Shown here one piece after another: positions 8,438-19,312 of a stretch of 64,000 nt of DNA. The DNA comes from an uncultured Planctomycetia bacterium (GTDB taxonomy: Bacteria > Omnitrophota > Gorgyraeia > Tantalellales > Tantalellaceae): assembly GCA_964572255.1 (NCBI GenBank), contig CAZNEE010000004.1:26344-90343 (forward strand), written 5' to 3'. Both the position numbers and the translations under genes were made by a program. The notes beneath the pieces are model-generated. The model saw only the letters and a list, made by a program, of their open reading frames with translations. It ran no database searches and was not told the origin of the DNA. Within the stretch, counting starts at the first letter, position 1. Each line of letters starts with the position of its first letter.

Positions 8438-9928
8438 ATGAGAAGTTCAAAGGCGCTGACAATAATATTTTTGATCATCGCATTGGTCCTATGCCCTAGC
8501 GGACAAATGTTCGGGGCCGATGAGGGGAAGTCCCTGAGTCTTGAGAATTGGATGATCCTTTCCCTGGAAGATTGTGTATTATTTTCGATATATAACAGCT
8601 TTGATGTGAAGCTCGCGAAATTGGATCTTTATATAGCGGAAACGGATCTTTTATATTCAGAAGCGGTTTTTGATACGACATTTTTCGGCGAGGTTACTTA
8701 TAATGAGGATAAATCCCAGCAATTATCAGTTTTTTCCCCTGACAATACGCAGATAAATGTTTATTCGGCGGGCCTTACAAAAAAGATCCCCACCGGGACA
8801 GAGCTGACCGCAATGTACAGCGATACAAGAAGCTGGAATAATTCACAGTTTTTCACCAGGAACCCCGCGCATAACGCCCAGCTGACTTTGGAAGCCAAAC
8901 AGCCGGTCGGCAAGAATTTTTTCGGCTATATCGATAGGAACAATATTACTCTTACAAAACTTGCGATCGAGAACGCGGATCTTGATACCCAGGATAAAAT
9001 AGAGAAGCATGTTGCGGAGGTCGAGAAGGCATACTGGAGGCTTGTTTTCAGGAAAAAGATCGTCCAGATACGCAGTGAGATCTTGGAGAAAGCCGAAAAA
9101 CTGCATGAAGCAAATAAAAGAAATCACGATATAGGGCTCATAGAGAAAGCGGAACTTTTAGCGTCACAGGCCAATCTCATACAAAGAAAAACGGATCTTA
9201 TACTGGCTAAGAACAATTACAGAAAAACCGAAGAAAATCTCAAGCTCGTGATGAACCTGGAGGACGACTTCAGGATCTATCCGTCCGCAGAATTTACAGG
9301 GATCGATCTTGCCGGCTCGATGGAGGCCTCGCTCAGGGAAGCCTTTGCGAGCAGGCGGGATTACATGGCAAGACAAAGAGATATCGAGATCAAAAAGGTA
9401 AATCTTAAGATCAAAGAGAACCAGAAGTGGCCTGAGATCGATCTGGTGGCCAGCATGGCCATGAACGGGATAGATCCCAAGTTCGCAAAAGCAGCGGGAA
9501 AAACTACCGTGGCGGATAATACCAATCTGTTCGCGGGGGTTGAGTTTTCCTGGCCTATTGAAAATAGCGCCGCAAGGAGTGAATATAAAAAGGCGTCACA
9601 TGAGAAAGAAAAGGCGTTATTCCTTATGAAGAAGACAGAAAGAAGCATTATAACTGAGGTGGTGAATGCCTATCGTGACGTTTTAACGTTCAATGAGAAC
9701 TTAAAAAACTTTGAAGAAAGGGTGACTTTACAGTCACAAAAGCTTGATGAGGAGGAGAAGCGTTTCAGGCACGGCAGGTCCAGTACAAAAAACTTAATAG
9801 ATTTCCAGCAGGATCTTTTGGCCGCAGAATTGTCTTACGCCCTGGCGATGCTTGATTTGGCCATATCGGATGTGGATCTGGAAAGAGCAAAGAATGCTTT
9901 GCTCAGTAAATACGGAGAAATGATATGA
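8438..9928 (+). CDS. TolC-family outer membrane efflux protein
   Basis: Signal peptide, LSLEDCV, VEKAYWRL, WPEIDL, helical OEP repeats; directly upstream of the RND gene. Confidence 0.88.
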   Translation: MRSSKALTIIFLIIALVLCPSGQMFGADEGKSLSLENWMILSLEDCVLFSIYNSFDVKLAKLDLYIAETDLLYSEAVFDTTFFGEVTYNEDKSQQLSVFSPDNTQINVYSAGLTKKIPTGTELTAMYSDTRSWNNSQFFTRNPAHNAQLTLEAKQPVGKNFFGYIDRNNITLTKLAIENADLDTQDKIEKHVAEVEKAYWRLVFRKKIVQIRSEILEKAEKLHEANKRNHDIGLIEKAELLASQANLIQRKTDLILAKNNYRKTEENLKLVMNLEDDFRIYPSAEFTGIDLAGSMEASLREAFASRRDYMARQRDIEIKKVNLKIKENQKWPEIDLVASMAMNGIDPKFAKAAGKTTVADNTNLFAGVEFSWPIENSAARSEYKKASHEKEKALFLMKKTERSIITEVVNAYRDVLTFNENLKNFEERVTLQSQKLDEEEKRFRHGRSSTKNLIDFQQDLLAAELSYALAMLDLAISDVDLERAKNALLSKYGEMI

Positions 9929-12900
9929 GTTTACCGAGATTCAGCGTAAATAATTCCTTATTTGTAAACCTCATATCGATTATTATCATAATAATCGGGA
10001 TCATCATAGTCCTTGCGCTTAACCGTGAGATATTTCCCAATGTTGCCTTTGACATGATGTCAATAACGGCCGCATATCCCGGTTCTACGCCGTCAGATGT
10101 AGAAAAACTCATAACCGTTCCTATCGAAAAAGAGCTGAAAGAGGTTGACGGTATCGATGAGTTCAACTCTTCTTCAACGCAGGGCGCTTCATTTGTCATT
10201 GTCAAGATAGACCCGGATGAGACCAATAAACAAAGAGTGATAAGGGATGTCCAGAGTGCGGTCGATAGGGTAAAAGATCTGCCCGACGATGTGGATAAGC
10301 CCATAGCGGAGGAGATATCCACGAGAGCGTATCCTGTCATTGAAGTTTCACTTTCGGGGGAGATGTCAGAACACCAGCTGAGAGATTATGCCGATGCGCT
10401 TTCCGATCAGCTCGAAGAGCTGGAAGGTGTCGGCAGTATCAAAAAGTCAGGATATCGCGACAGGGAGATACAGGTGCTTGTCGATCCGGATAAGATGAAA
10501 GATTATTATGTTTCTTTTGATGAGGTCGAAAGGGCTTTAGCTTCCAGGAACATAAGTCTGCCTGCCGGCAAAATAGATACTGAGACTACCGAGTACAGCA
10601 TACGGACCACCGGTGAGTTTAAAGAGGCGGGAGAAGTAGCGGATGTAATTATACGCGCGAATGATTCGGGCAATTGGCTGAAAGTGAAAGATATAGCCGA
10701 TGTTAACGACACTTTCAAGGATGAGGATATAATAACAAAAACGCTCGGGACACGTTCTATAAATCTTATTGTCATGAGAAAGGAATCGGCGGATGCTATC
10801 CGTACGGTTGATAAAGTAAAAGAATTATGCGCGAAATTTTTGAAAACATGTAAGGGGGCAGAACCGTGCCTGGTCAGTTTTAATATATCATATGTGAATG
10901 ATTATTCGTATTTTGCCAGGCGTCGCCTTAACGTTTTGCGAAATAACGGATGGTTCGGTCTTATCATAGTGATCAGCATTATGATGGTATTTCTGCATAA
11001 AAGGATTGCGCTCTTAACGGTCCTCGGTATACCCATAGCGTTTTTTGCCACTTTTATCGTGATGGACGCAATGGGCATCACGATAAATCTTGTGAGCATG
11101 TTCGGCCTTGTCATGGTCCTGGGTATGCTTGTCGATGACGGCATTATCGTGGCTGAGAATGTTTACAGATTCATGGAAGACGGGATGCTCCCAAGGGAGG
11201 CTGCGGTCAAGGGGACGGAACAGGTAATGGGCGCTGTTATCTCGGCGGTCCTTACAACGGTGGCCGCTTATTCGCCCCTGCTTTTCATGTCAGGGTTAAT
11301 AGGTAAATTCGTGCGCAACCTTCCTACTGTAGTTATTATCGCGCTTCTTGCTTCACTGGGGGAGGCTCTCATAATATTGCCTTCGCACTTGGCGGATTTT
11401 GTCAAACTAAAGAAAGGGCCGGATGGCAAGCTTATCAGCATTTCCAAGGATTACCCCTGGTTTAAAAGATTAATTTCATTTTACACGCATGTGGTCAAAT
11501 CCGCTATCCGGCACAAGTATAGAGTTATGATAGGGGTTATAGGGGTGTTTCTTCTTTGCGGCGTTCTTGCCGTTACTGTGATCAAATTCGTTCTTTTCCC
11601 GAGCGCGGGAATAAACTTCTTTTTCATAAGAGCTGAAGCTCCGATAGGCACTCCTCTCAACAAGACCAGTGAACTTATCGCCCCGATAGAAACGATCGTT
11701 GCACAGCTACCGTCGGAAGAGTTGGACACCTATGTAACCCTTGTCGGAAAGATAGAAGAAGATCGCAATGATCCGTTTGCCGGCATGGCGAGTAATTACG
11801 CGCAGATCACGGTTTATCTGACTCCGGAACAGGACAGAAAAAGAAGGGTCGAAGATATAATCGAAGAGGTGAGAGGAAAAACAAAGGATATTAAAGGTTT
11901 TACCGATCTAAGGTTTGATATGCCGGAAGCCGGTCCGCCTGTCGGGAAAGCCGTTGAGGCGAAGATAAGAGGGGAAAAATTTGAGGTCCTTGATCAGATC
12001 GCCGATGAATATATGGATTATCTTGCGACAATTGACGGCACCACAGATATTACATGGGACCATAAACCTGGAAAAGAAGAGATACGGGTAAAAGTGGATA
12101 ACAATAAAGCCACTATGGCGGGGCTTACCATAGGGCAGATAGCAAAAACGGTAAGAGCGGTATTTGAAGGCGGCATAGCTACAAAGATCAAGCCGATCAA
12201 GGCAGAGGAGGAGACTGATGTTACCGTACGATTTCCAAAAGATCGGACACATGACGTTTCAGCTTTTGAGGAGATATTGGTCGCGAATAGCCGGGGTAAT
12301 TTGATCCCCTTAAAAAAGGTGTCAAAGATAGAGAAGGTCCCGGGAACTACGACCATACATCATCTTGACGGGAAACGCGTGGTCACGGCTTCATCTAATG
12401 TTGACAAGGATAAGACTACTTCTCTAAAAGTAAATCAGATGCTCATGAAGAAATTCAGGGATATATCTGACAAGTACATCGGGTACTCAGTTAAGTACGG
12501 AGGAGAGCAGGAGGAGACGGTCGAATCGTTAAAAAGTCTTCTTAAAGCGTTCTTTTTCGCATTTTTGGTAGTATATCTCATTCTTGCTTCATTCTTTAAA
12601 TCTATAGTCCAGCCGTTCATCGTCATGCTTGCAATACCGTTCGGTCTCATAGGCGTTGTTTTCGCTTTTCTCTTGCATGGCATGCCTTTATCTTTTATGG
12701 CGATCTTCGGCGTGGTGGGGCTGAATGGAATAGTCGTAAATGATTCCATAGTTTTAGTGGATTTTATAAATAAGCTGCGCAAAGAAGGGATGAGCAGGGA
12801 AGAATCTATCATCAAAGCCGGACAGATGAGGATAAGGCCGGTTATTCTTACCACCGTCACTACAGTCGGCGGTCTTTCCACGGTTGCATACGGGATAGGA

Positions 12901-13086
12901 GGGAAGGATCCGTTTCTTGTTCCGATGGCTGTCGCTATATCCTGGGGTCTTATATTCGCTACGGTTCTTACACTGGTCATTGTGCCGTGCGTTTATTCCA
13001 TAGTTGACGATGTCGCCATAAAGGTCGCCCACCATACAAGCATGATCGAGGTCAAGAAACTCGAAAATAATAATTCCGAGAAATAA
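9925..13086 (+). CDS. AcrB/AcrD/AcrF RND efflux permease
   Basis: 1053 aa; AYPGSTPSDVE, GMLVDDGIIVAEN, RIRPVILTT motifs. Confidence 0.95.
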   Translation: MSLPRFSVNNSLFVNLISIIIIIIGIIIVLALNREIFPNVAFDMMSITAAYPGSTPSDVEKLITVPIEKELKEVDGIDEFNSSSTQGASFVIVKIDPDETNKQRVIRDVQSAVDRVKDLPDDVDKPIAEEISTRAYPVIEVSLSGEMSEHQLRDYADALSDQLEELEGVGSIKKSGYRDREIQVLVDPDKMKDYYVSFDEVERALASRNISLPAGKIDTETTEYSIRTTGEFKEAGEVADVIIRANDSGNWLKVKDIADVNDTFKDEDIITKTLGTRSINLIVMRKESADAIRTVDKVKELCAKFLKTCKGAEPCLVSFNISYVNDYSYFARRRLNVLRNNGWFGLIIVISIMMVFLHKRIALLTVLGIPIAFFATFIVMDAMGITINLVSMFGLVMVLGMLVDDGIIVAENVYRFMEDGMLPREAAVKGTEQVMGAVISAVLTTVAAYSPLLFMSGLIGKFVRNLPTVVIIALLASLGEALIILPSHLADFVKLKKGPDGKLISISKDYPWFKRLISFYTHVVKSAIRHKYRVMIGVIGVFLLCGVLAVTVIKFVLFPSAGINFFFIRAEAPIGTPLNKTSELIAPIETIVAQLPSEELDTYVTLVGKIEEDRNDPFAGMASNYAQITVYLTPEQDRKRRVEDIIEEVRGKTKDIKGFTDLRFDMPEAGPPVGKAVEAKIRGEKFEVLDQIADEYMDYLATIDGTTDITWDHKPGKEEIRVKVDNNKATMAGLTIGQIAKTVRAVFEGGIATKIKPIKAEEETDVTVRFPKDRTHDVSAFEEILVANSRGNLIPLKKVSKIEKVPGTTTIHHLDGKRVVTASSNVDKDKTTSLKVNQMLMKKFRDISDKYIGYSVKYGGEQEETVESLKSLLKAFFFAFLVVYLILASFFKSIVQPFIVMLAIPFGLIGVVFAFLLHGMPLSFMAIFGVVGLNGIVVNDSIVLVDFINKLRKEGMSREESIIKAGQMRIRPVILTTVTTVGGLSTVAYGIGGKDPFLVPMAVAISWGLIFATVLTLVIVPCVYSIVDDVAIKVAHHTSMIEVKKLENNNSEK

Positions 13087-13092
13087 TCGAGC

Positions 13093-13121
13093 TTGACAAG
13101 TCCCCGTATATTTATTATGCT
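13093..13121 (+). promoter_or_regulatory. Sigma70-like promoter
   Basis: TTGACA-17 bp-TATGCT. Confidence 0.6.
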
Positions 13122-13157
13122 CTATACTATTATTATATTTATAACGGGGAGGCAGCC

Positions 13158-15770
13158 ATCAAGAAACTAATCCGGATCGCATCTTTTTCTTTCATATTTT
13201 TGCTTGTCTTTCAGATACTAAACGCCCGGGAAATATCGGTAGATTTCAATAAAAAGGTCCTGGATAACGGGGCCACTATCATCCATAAATATGTCCCGAG
13301 TTCGGATCTGGTAGCGATACAGATACGTGTTCGCGCGGGGCTTTCAAATGAGGGTGATTATGCCGGATCCGGCATCTCCCATTTTTTGGAGCACCTTCTT
13401 TTTAAAGGGGCGCACGGTTTTACCTCTGCGGAATTGCGCAAAAAGATAAAAGCCATGGGGGGCGTGATCAACGGCGCTACCGGACTCGATTCCGCCGAAT
13501 ACCACATAATCGTTCCCAATGAATATTTTGAAGAGGCGCTCAATTTGCTTACGGGTCTTGTAATGGAGCCGGACTTCGATGACGAGGAGATAGAAAGAGA
13601 AAGAGCGGTTATAATTAACGAGATACGTTTCCGTAACGATGACCCCATGACCAAGCGCATGCAGCTGTTGTTTTCCCAGGCCTACCGCGAACATGTTTAT
13701 AAATATCCGGTGATCGGATTTGAAGAGAACTTAAGATCTCTTGGCCGCGAAGATCTGGTAGGTTACCATCAAAGGATATATAGGCCGGACAGGATAGTTA
13801 TGGGTATAGTGGGCGGCATATCCACGGATAGAGCGTTGGGGTGGGCTTCCGAAAAACTTGAGAGTTACCAAAGGGGACCCGCATGGACGGTTCCCATATC
13901 TCCGGAACCTGCTCAGATAGATGAGAGAGAGGCAAGTTTTGAGGCTGAGGTAACATTGGGATATCTTGCGATCGCGTTCCATACGACCAGCTTGTATTCC
14001 CCTGAGCTTTATTCGACGGATGTATTAAGCATACTTTTGGGCGAAGGGCGGGGCTCCAGATTATATGAAAGACTTGTTAACGATAAGAAACTTCTTTTGT
14101 CCGTTTCCGCAGCCAATTATACGCCGAAGTATCCGGGGATCTTTATAATAACCGGTGTCGGCCGGCCTGAAAAAATCGATGAGGCCAGGGAAGAGATATT
14201 CAGGGTCATTGATGAATTGAAGAGGAGCGGATTTAATTCGGAAGAGGTCGAAAGGGCGAAGAGTTTAGTTGTTTCAGGATTTCTTCATTCGCATGAACAG
14301 ATTTCAAGCGTTTTGTCTTCGATGACCACTTCGGAACTAATGACAGGCGATCCGTCTTTTTTCAAGACCTATGTAGATAATATCAATAAAGTCGATGCAG
14401 GCGAGGTTCAGGATATTCTCCAAAAATATCTTGTAAGGGAGAAGTCCACTACGGTTAAGCTTATGCCTTCATTATATCTGCAGGAAAAAGGCGCGGGGGG
14501 AGAAACTGACGCGGAATCGGAAAAGCAGGCGGAAGTAGAGGAAGAAAAAAGATATTTTATTCTTGCCAACGGGATGAGGGTAATAATTAAAAGAAGAAGT
14601 GAAAATCCAATCGTATCGTCAACGATCGTTTTCCCCGCGGGGATCAGGTCTGAAACCCCTGAAAATAACGGCATATCATACTTCACATCTTCGCTTTTAA
14701 TAAAAGGGACCAAACGGCGCAAAGAAGATGAGATAGTTCCCGTATTTGAACAGATGGGCGGCAGTATCAGTACCTTCAGCGGCATGAATTCCGCCGGAAT
14801 TACCATGGACGTCTTGTCCAAGGATTTTGATAAGGCCATTGACATATTTGCCGATTGCGTGATAAATCCCGTTTTTCCTAAAGAAGAAATAGAGAAGAAA
14901 AAAGAAAAGATCTTTGCTTTTATCAAGGAGCAGGGAACCGATATTTTCGAAAAGGGGATGCTCGAGCTTAGAAGAGCTCTTTATGGGGATCATCCTTACA
15001 GCATGCGGGTAGAAGGCGAGATCGAAACTGTCGATAAGATCACCCGTAATGATATGGTGAAATTCCGCTGGGAGCATCTGGCGCCTAATAATGCCGTAAT
15101 GACGGTTGTCGGGGATGTGGATATCAAAAAGACCGTCAAGGTGATTCAGGATAAATTTGAGAACTGGAAGGCAAAAAGCGAAGGGCTCCAGCCCATTGAA
15201 GTGATACCGCCGGAGAAAAGAAGAAGATTCGACGTTAACATGAAAAAGGAAGAGGCTTTTTTTGCGGCCGGTTTTATAGGGCTGGAATTGAAAGACGAAA
15301 GAGTGTATGCGTTGACAGTTATAGGATCGATTCTTTCGGGTTCAGACGGCCTGTTATTCTACGGGCTTAGGGAAAATGAAGGGCTCGTATATACCTCCGG
15401 CGCATACTCCGTTCTTGGAGTTGATCCGGGGCATTTTGCTCTTTTTGCCGCGACGAGCGAGGAGAACCTAAGCAAAGTCGGTGCAGAGGCGGTCAGAGTT
15501 ATTGAAGAGGTCGTATCCGGTGCCATAAGAGAAGAAGATATCGAATCTGCGAAAAAGAAGATCATAACCAATCATATCCTTTCTCTTGAGACGAACTCAT
15601 CGCTTTCGATGATAATGGCGCTGGATGAACTTTACGGCCTGGGTGCATTTTATAATAAAGAGTATCCTTCCAAGATAAAAGCTGTTACGAAAGAAGATGT
15701 GGTGCGGGTGGCGGGCGAGATATTTGATATCGAAAAAATCACCGAAGTGTTCGTGCATTCGAGGGAATAA
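13158..15770 (+). CDS. M16 family zinc protease (tandem-domain, exported); start probably ATC at 13158, otherwise TTG 13200
   Basis: HFLEH zinc motif, duplicated M16 halves; GGGGAGG RBS then in-frame ATC gives a signal peptide. Confidence 0.9.
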   Translation: MKKLIRIASFSFIFLLVFQILNAREISVDFNKKVLDNGATIIHKYVPSSDLVAIQIRVRAGLSNEGDYAGSGISHFLEHLLFKGAHGFTSAELRKKIKAMGGVINGATGLDSAEYHIIVPNEYFEEALNLLTGLVMEPDFDDEEIERERAVIINEIRFRNDDPMTKRMQLLFSQAYREHVYKYPVIGFEENLRSLGREDLVGYHQRIYRPDRIVMGIVGGISTDRALGWASEKLESYQRGPAWTVPISPEPAQIDEREASFEAEVTLGYLAIAFHTTSLYSPELYSTDVLSILLGEGRGSRLYERLVNDKKLLLSVSAANYTPKYPGIFIITGVGRPEKIDEAREEIFRVIDELKRSGFNSEEVERAKSLVVSGFLHSHEQISSVLSSMTTSELMTGDPSFFKTYVDNINKVDAGEVQDILQKYLVREKSTTVKLMPSLYLQEKGAGGETDAESEKQAEVEEEKRYFILANGMRVIIKRRSENPIVSSTIVFPAGIRSETPENNGISYFTSSLLIKGTKRRKEDEIVPVFEQMGGSISTFSGMNSAGITMDVLSKDFDKAIDIFADCVINPVFPKEEIEKKKEKIFAFIKEQGTDIFEKGMLELRRALYGDHPYSMRVEGEIETVDKITRNDMVKFRWEHLAPNNAVMTVVGDVDIKKTVKVIQDKFENWKAKSEGLQPIEVIPPEKRRRFDVNMKKEEAFFAAGFIGLELKDERVYALTVIGSILSGSDGLLFYGLRENEGLVYTSGAYSVLGVDPGHFALFAATSEENLSKVGAEAVRVIEEVVSGAIREEDIESAKKKIITNHILSLETNSSLSMIMALDELYGLGAFYNKEYPSKIKAVTKEDVVRVAGEIFDIEKITEVFVHSRE

Positions 15771-15817
15771 AAGACGGTAAGCTCCCGAGAGGACAATTTA
15801 ACGGTTGGAGGCGGTTT

Positions 15818-16618
15818 ATGACGAGAGAAGCGGCTGTAGCGGGTCAGTTCTATCCAGGGAACAAACACTCGCTTGAAAAGGAATTAGAGGCAATGATCCC
15901 GGCCGGTTCTGAGAAAATAGATGCTATCGGCGCGGTTGTGCCGCATGCAGGATACATGTATTCGGGTGCTGTTGCAGGAGAAGTGTATGCGAAAATTAAG
16001 CCTAAAAAAACATATGTGATCTTCAGTCCGAATCATAGCGGTTACGGCGCGCCTTTTGCGTTGAGCGCGGAAAGCTGGAAAACCCCCCTTGGGGAAGTTT
16101 CTGTTGATAAAGAATTGATCGATGCGGTTAAAGACAGGTCCGCTCTCGTAAAAGAAGATGCGACAGCTCATGCGTTTGAACATTCGATCGAGGTCCAGCT
16201 GCCTTTTATCCAGAGGATCGCGCCCGGATCGAGCATTGTGCCGATAACCGTCCAGCACGGCAGCATGAAACAGCTCGGGGAAGTTGCCGGTGCGGTCTCT
16301 TCAGCCATAAAAGAAACCGGTAAAGACGCAGCTATTCTTGCATCAAGCGATATGACCCATTATGAATCCCGCAAGACTGCTGAGGAAAAAGATCATATGG
16401 CTATAGACAGGATCCTGGAGCTTGATCCCGAAGGCCTTATACAGGTTGTTGAGACAAATAATATAAGCATGTGCGGCTATATTCCCGCGGTCCTTATGCT
16501 GATGGCTTGCAAGGATCTCGGCGCCAAGAAAGCGGAACTGGTCAAATATTCTGATTCCGGTTATGTAACAGGCGACGATTATCAGGTTGTGGGATATGCG
16601 GGAATAGTGGTTTATTAG
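15818..16618 (+). CDS. amrB: AmmeMemoRadiSam system protein B (MEMO1 family)
   Basis: REAAVAGQFYP, PHAGYMYSG, EHSIEVQLPF, SSDMTHY, SMCG, VVGYAG. Confidence 0.93.
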   Translation: MTREAAVAGQFYPGNKHSLEKELEAMIPAGSEKIDAIGAVVPHAGYMYSGAVAGEVYAKIKPKKTYVIFSPNHSGYGAPFALSAESWKTPLGEVSVDKELIDAVKDRSALVKEDATAHAFEHSIEVQLPFIQRIAPGSSIVPITVQHGSMKQLGEVAGAVSSAIKETGKDAAILASSDMTHYESRKTAEEKDHMAIDRILELDPEGLIQVVETNNISMCGYIPAVLMLMACKDLGAKKAELVKYSDSGYVTGDDYQVVGYAGIVVY

Positions 16619-16642
16619 AAAATGAAATAAAAGGACAAAAAA

Positions 16643-17467
16643 ATGGGATTATTCAGAAAACGGAACAGGGTGTTAGCGCTCGGCGGCGGCAGCGCAAGGG
16701 GGTTATGCAATATCGGCGTCCTTAAAGTGCTCGAGAGGCATTACGGACGCGGCAACCTGCCGTTTGACATGATCATAGGCACCAGCATAGGAAGCCTGAT
16801 AGGAGCCGCATATTGCACCGGATGTCCTGTGGAAGAGATGGAAGAGAAGGCGTTGAAATTTAACTGGCCCCATCTTGTCGATTTCGGTATCCACTCAACA
16901 GGCCTCATAAAAGGTAAAAAGCTGGAAAATATCATTTTAGATATAGTGGGCGATAAAACATTTAAGGATCTGAAGATCCCTTTTGCTTTGACAACCACAG
17001 ATCTGCAGACGGGTGAGGAACGCGTTCACACATCTGGCGATCTGATCACACTTATACGAGCAAGTTGTTCATGGCCCGGGATATTTACGGCGGTCGAAGT
17101 TGAAGGACATCTGCTTGCGGACGGAGGCGTGCGTAACAGTATCCCCACCAAAGCGGCGTGTCAGTTAGGATCAAATTTCATGGTCGCGGTTAATCCCGGT
17201 TTTGGAATAGCAAGCCATAAAATAGATAATCCCTTAAAAGCGATAGTTCAGTCCGTTCAAATAATGGGCGAAGAGCTTAACGCCTATCAGGCACGTGCGG
17301 CAAATGTGGAGATCAGGCCGGTTTTGCAGGGAATAGATCAGTTCGATTTCGATAAGGGGAGTTTTATTATAAAAGAAGGAGAAGATGCCGCAGAGAGGCA
17401 AATGCCTCAGATTAAAAGAAAATTATTTATAAGCTCAATAAAGGAGAAGATCTGTGTCAGAAGATAA
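16643..17467 (+). CDS. Patatin-like phospholipase
   Basis: GGGSARG, GTSIG nucleophile, DGG motif. Confidence 0.92.
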   Translation: MGLFRKRNRVLALGGGSARGLCNIGVLKVLERHYGRGNLPFDMIIGTSIGSLIGAAYCTGCPVEEMEEKALKFNWPHLVDFGIHSTGLIKGKKLENIILDIVGDKTFKDLKIPFALTTTDLQTGEERVHTSGDLITLIRASCSWPGIFTAVEVEGHLLADGGVRNSIPTKAACQLGSNFMVAVNPGFGIASHKIDNPLKAIVQSVQIMGEELNAYQARAANVEIRPVLQGIDQFDFDKGSFIIKEGEDAAERQMPQIKRKLFISSIKEKICVRR

Positions 17468-17726
17468 AAATTTAAAAATAAATTTCAGTCTTTTTATTTC
17501 AAGTCTTTTAATGGAAGGGTTAATGGCATTGGGCGCTACGGAGAATCCCATAACTAAAAAGACGGAGACAAATCTTGAACACGCGTCGCAGGTGATAGAT
17601 GCCCTTGACATGCTCAAAGAAAAAACAAAAGGGAATCTTACGGCGGAAGAGGGAACAGGCCTGGATCAGGCGCTTCATCAGATGCGCATGCTGTACATAT
17701 CCAAGAAGGAAGAAAAGAAGGCATGA
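17454..17726 (+). CDS. DUF1844 family protein
   Basis: NPIT...NLEHASQVIDALDMLKEKTKGNLTAEE pattern. Confidence 0.8.
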   Translation: MSEDKNLKINFSLFISSLLMEGLMALGATENPITKKTETNLEHASQVIDALDMLKEKTKGNLTAEEGTGLDQALHQMRMLYISKKEEKKA

Positions 17727-18682
17727 AAAAGATCCTGTCCGCGGGCTTGCGCATAACGATAAGTTTCGGTCTTTTGGGGCTTTTGTTCTGGCTCATGAGA
17801 GACCGGTTCGGAAAAATAGGTTCTGCGCTGATAGACAGCGATATAAGATTTATTATAGCGGCGCTTATTTCTTTCATGGTATGCGTTATGTTCCTCGCGA
17901 TGAGATTAAAGGTAATATTTTACGGCGAGAACATCTTCATGAAATATCTTGATTCCGTACAGCTTACATACATCGGGTATTTTTTTAATAATTTTATGCC
18001 TACAGCTGTCGGAGGCGACATACCGAAAGCTTTGTATGCGGCTCAGGCGCATGGCGCGAAGATGAAGTCTTATATAAGCGTGATGATGGACAGGATAATC
18101 GGTTTATACTCATTTTTGATACTTGCCGCGATTGCGCTGGTCGTTGGGCGCGGCAGATTTAATATCCCCGGGATAACGCAGCTTGTTTTTGTTTTTCTTA
18201 CGTGCGGGGTAATAGGTTTTATTGTTATCACAAATACAAAAATAGCCCGCTTAGTGGAGAAGATCCTGTCGAAATTCAAAGTGATGAATCTAGGAAAGAA
18301 ACTGCATGAAGTTTATACAGTTGTCCACGATTATAGGAACAGAAAAGATATAGTCGTGAAATCCATCTTAATTTCGGTAGTTGCACAGAGTTTTTATTTT
18401 CTTATGGTTTATATGTTCCTCCGGTCATTAGGCGGCGATGTAGGCATTATTAATGTATTCCTGATAATGCCTGTTGTATCGTTCATAAGCATGATCCCGT
18501 CAATAGGAGGCCTGGGTGTCAGGGAAGGGGCGATCGTGACGTTTTTTGCCGCATTGGTCGGCAAGGAAATAGCTTTTGCGGGGAGCTTGCTTGTAATGTT
18601 GGGGTTCTTCTATATAAGTTTTATTGGGGGTATAGTTTTCTTTTTTTGGAGCATTCGCATGGGAAGAAAGGAGAGGGTATGA
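17723..18682 (+). CDS. Lysylphosphatidylglycerol synthase TM / flippase-like protein (UPF0104)
   Basis: GYFFNNFMPTAVGGD and PSIGGLGVREG motifs. Confidence 0.88.
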   Translation: MKKILSAGLRITISFGLLGLLFWLMRDRFGKIGSALIDSDIRFIIAALISFMVCVMFLAMRLKVIFYGENIFMKYLDSVQLTYIGYFFNNFMPTAVGGDIPKALYAAQAHGAKMKSYISVMMDRIIGLYSFLILAAIALVVGRGRFNIPGITQLVFVFLTCGVIGFIVITNTKIARLVEKILSKFKVMNLGKKLHEVYTVVHDYRNRKDIVVKSILISVVAQSFYFLMVYMFLRSLGGDVGIINVFLIMPVVSFISMIPSIGGLGVREGAIVTFFAALVGKEIAFAGSLLVMLGFFYISFIGGIVFFFWSIRMGRKERV

Positions 18683-18846
18683 CGATCGACAAAGAACTTC
18701 TGGATATTTTGGCGTGTCCTATATGTAAGGCGGACGTGAAACTGGAAGGCGAAAAAATAGTCTGCACAGGTTGCGGGAGAAAGTACCCTATAAAAGACGG
18801 TATACCGGTAATGCTTGAGGAAGAAGCGGAACAGCCGGAAGAATAA
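18679..18846 (+). CDS. Trm112 family protein
   Basis: [11 protein letters not shown]...[18 protein letters not shown]. Confidence 0.9.
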   Translation: MTIDKELLDILACPICKADVKLEGEKIVCTGCGRKYPIKDGIPVMLEEEAEQPEE

Positions 18847-18877
18847 AGCTTTAGATCCTAAAAATGAGGAGGATAAG

Positions 18878-19312
18878 ATGAAAAAGGTGCTTGTTATAAA
18901 TGGCCCCAATCTTGATTTGCTCGGAAAAAGAGAAAAAGACATATATGGCGAAGAGACCCTGGAAGACATAAATAAGTCTTTGGAAGCTATCGCAAAAGAA
19001 GAGGGCGTAAAACTTGAATTTTTCCAATCGAATCATGAGGGGGATATTGTAGACAAGATAGGCAGTACCGATGCCGCAGGTATTTTGATAAATCCCGCGG
19101 CGTATACTCACACGAGTGTGGCCATCTGTGATGCAATAAGCGCGAAGACCATACCTTCTGTTGAAGTGCATCTTTCCAATATATACGCAAGAGAAGAGTT
19201 TCGCCATAAATCGCTGATAGCCCCGGTCGTGACGGGCCAGATCAGCGGATTCGGGAAAACGAGCTATTTACTCGGGCTCAGGGCTTTGGCGGAGGCAATT
19301 AATGCAAAATAG
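18878..19312 (+). CDS. aroQ: Type II 3-dehydroquinate dehydratase
   Basis: [45 protein letters not shown]. Confidence 0.96.
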   Translation: MKKVLVINGPNLDLLGKREKDIYGEETLEDINKSLEAIAKEEGVKLEFFQSNHEGDIVDKIGSTDAAGILINPAAYTHTSVAICDAISAKTIPSVEVHLSNIYAREEFRHKSLIAPVVTGQISGFGKTSYLLGLRALAEAINAK

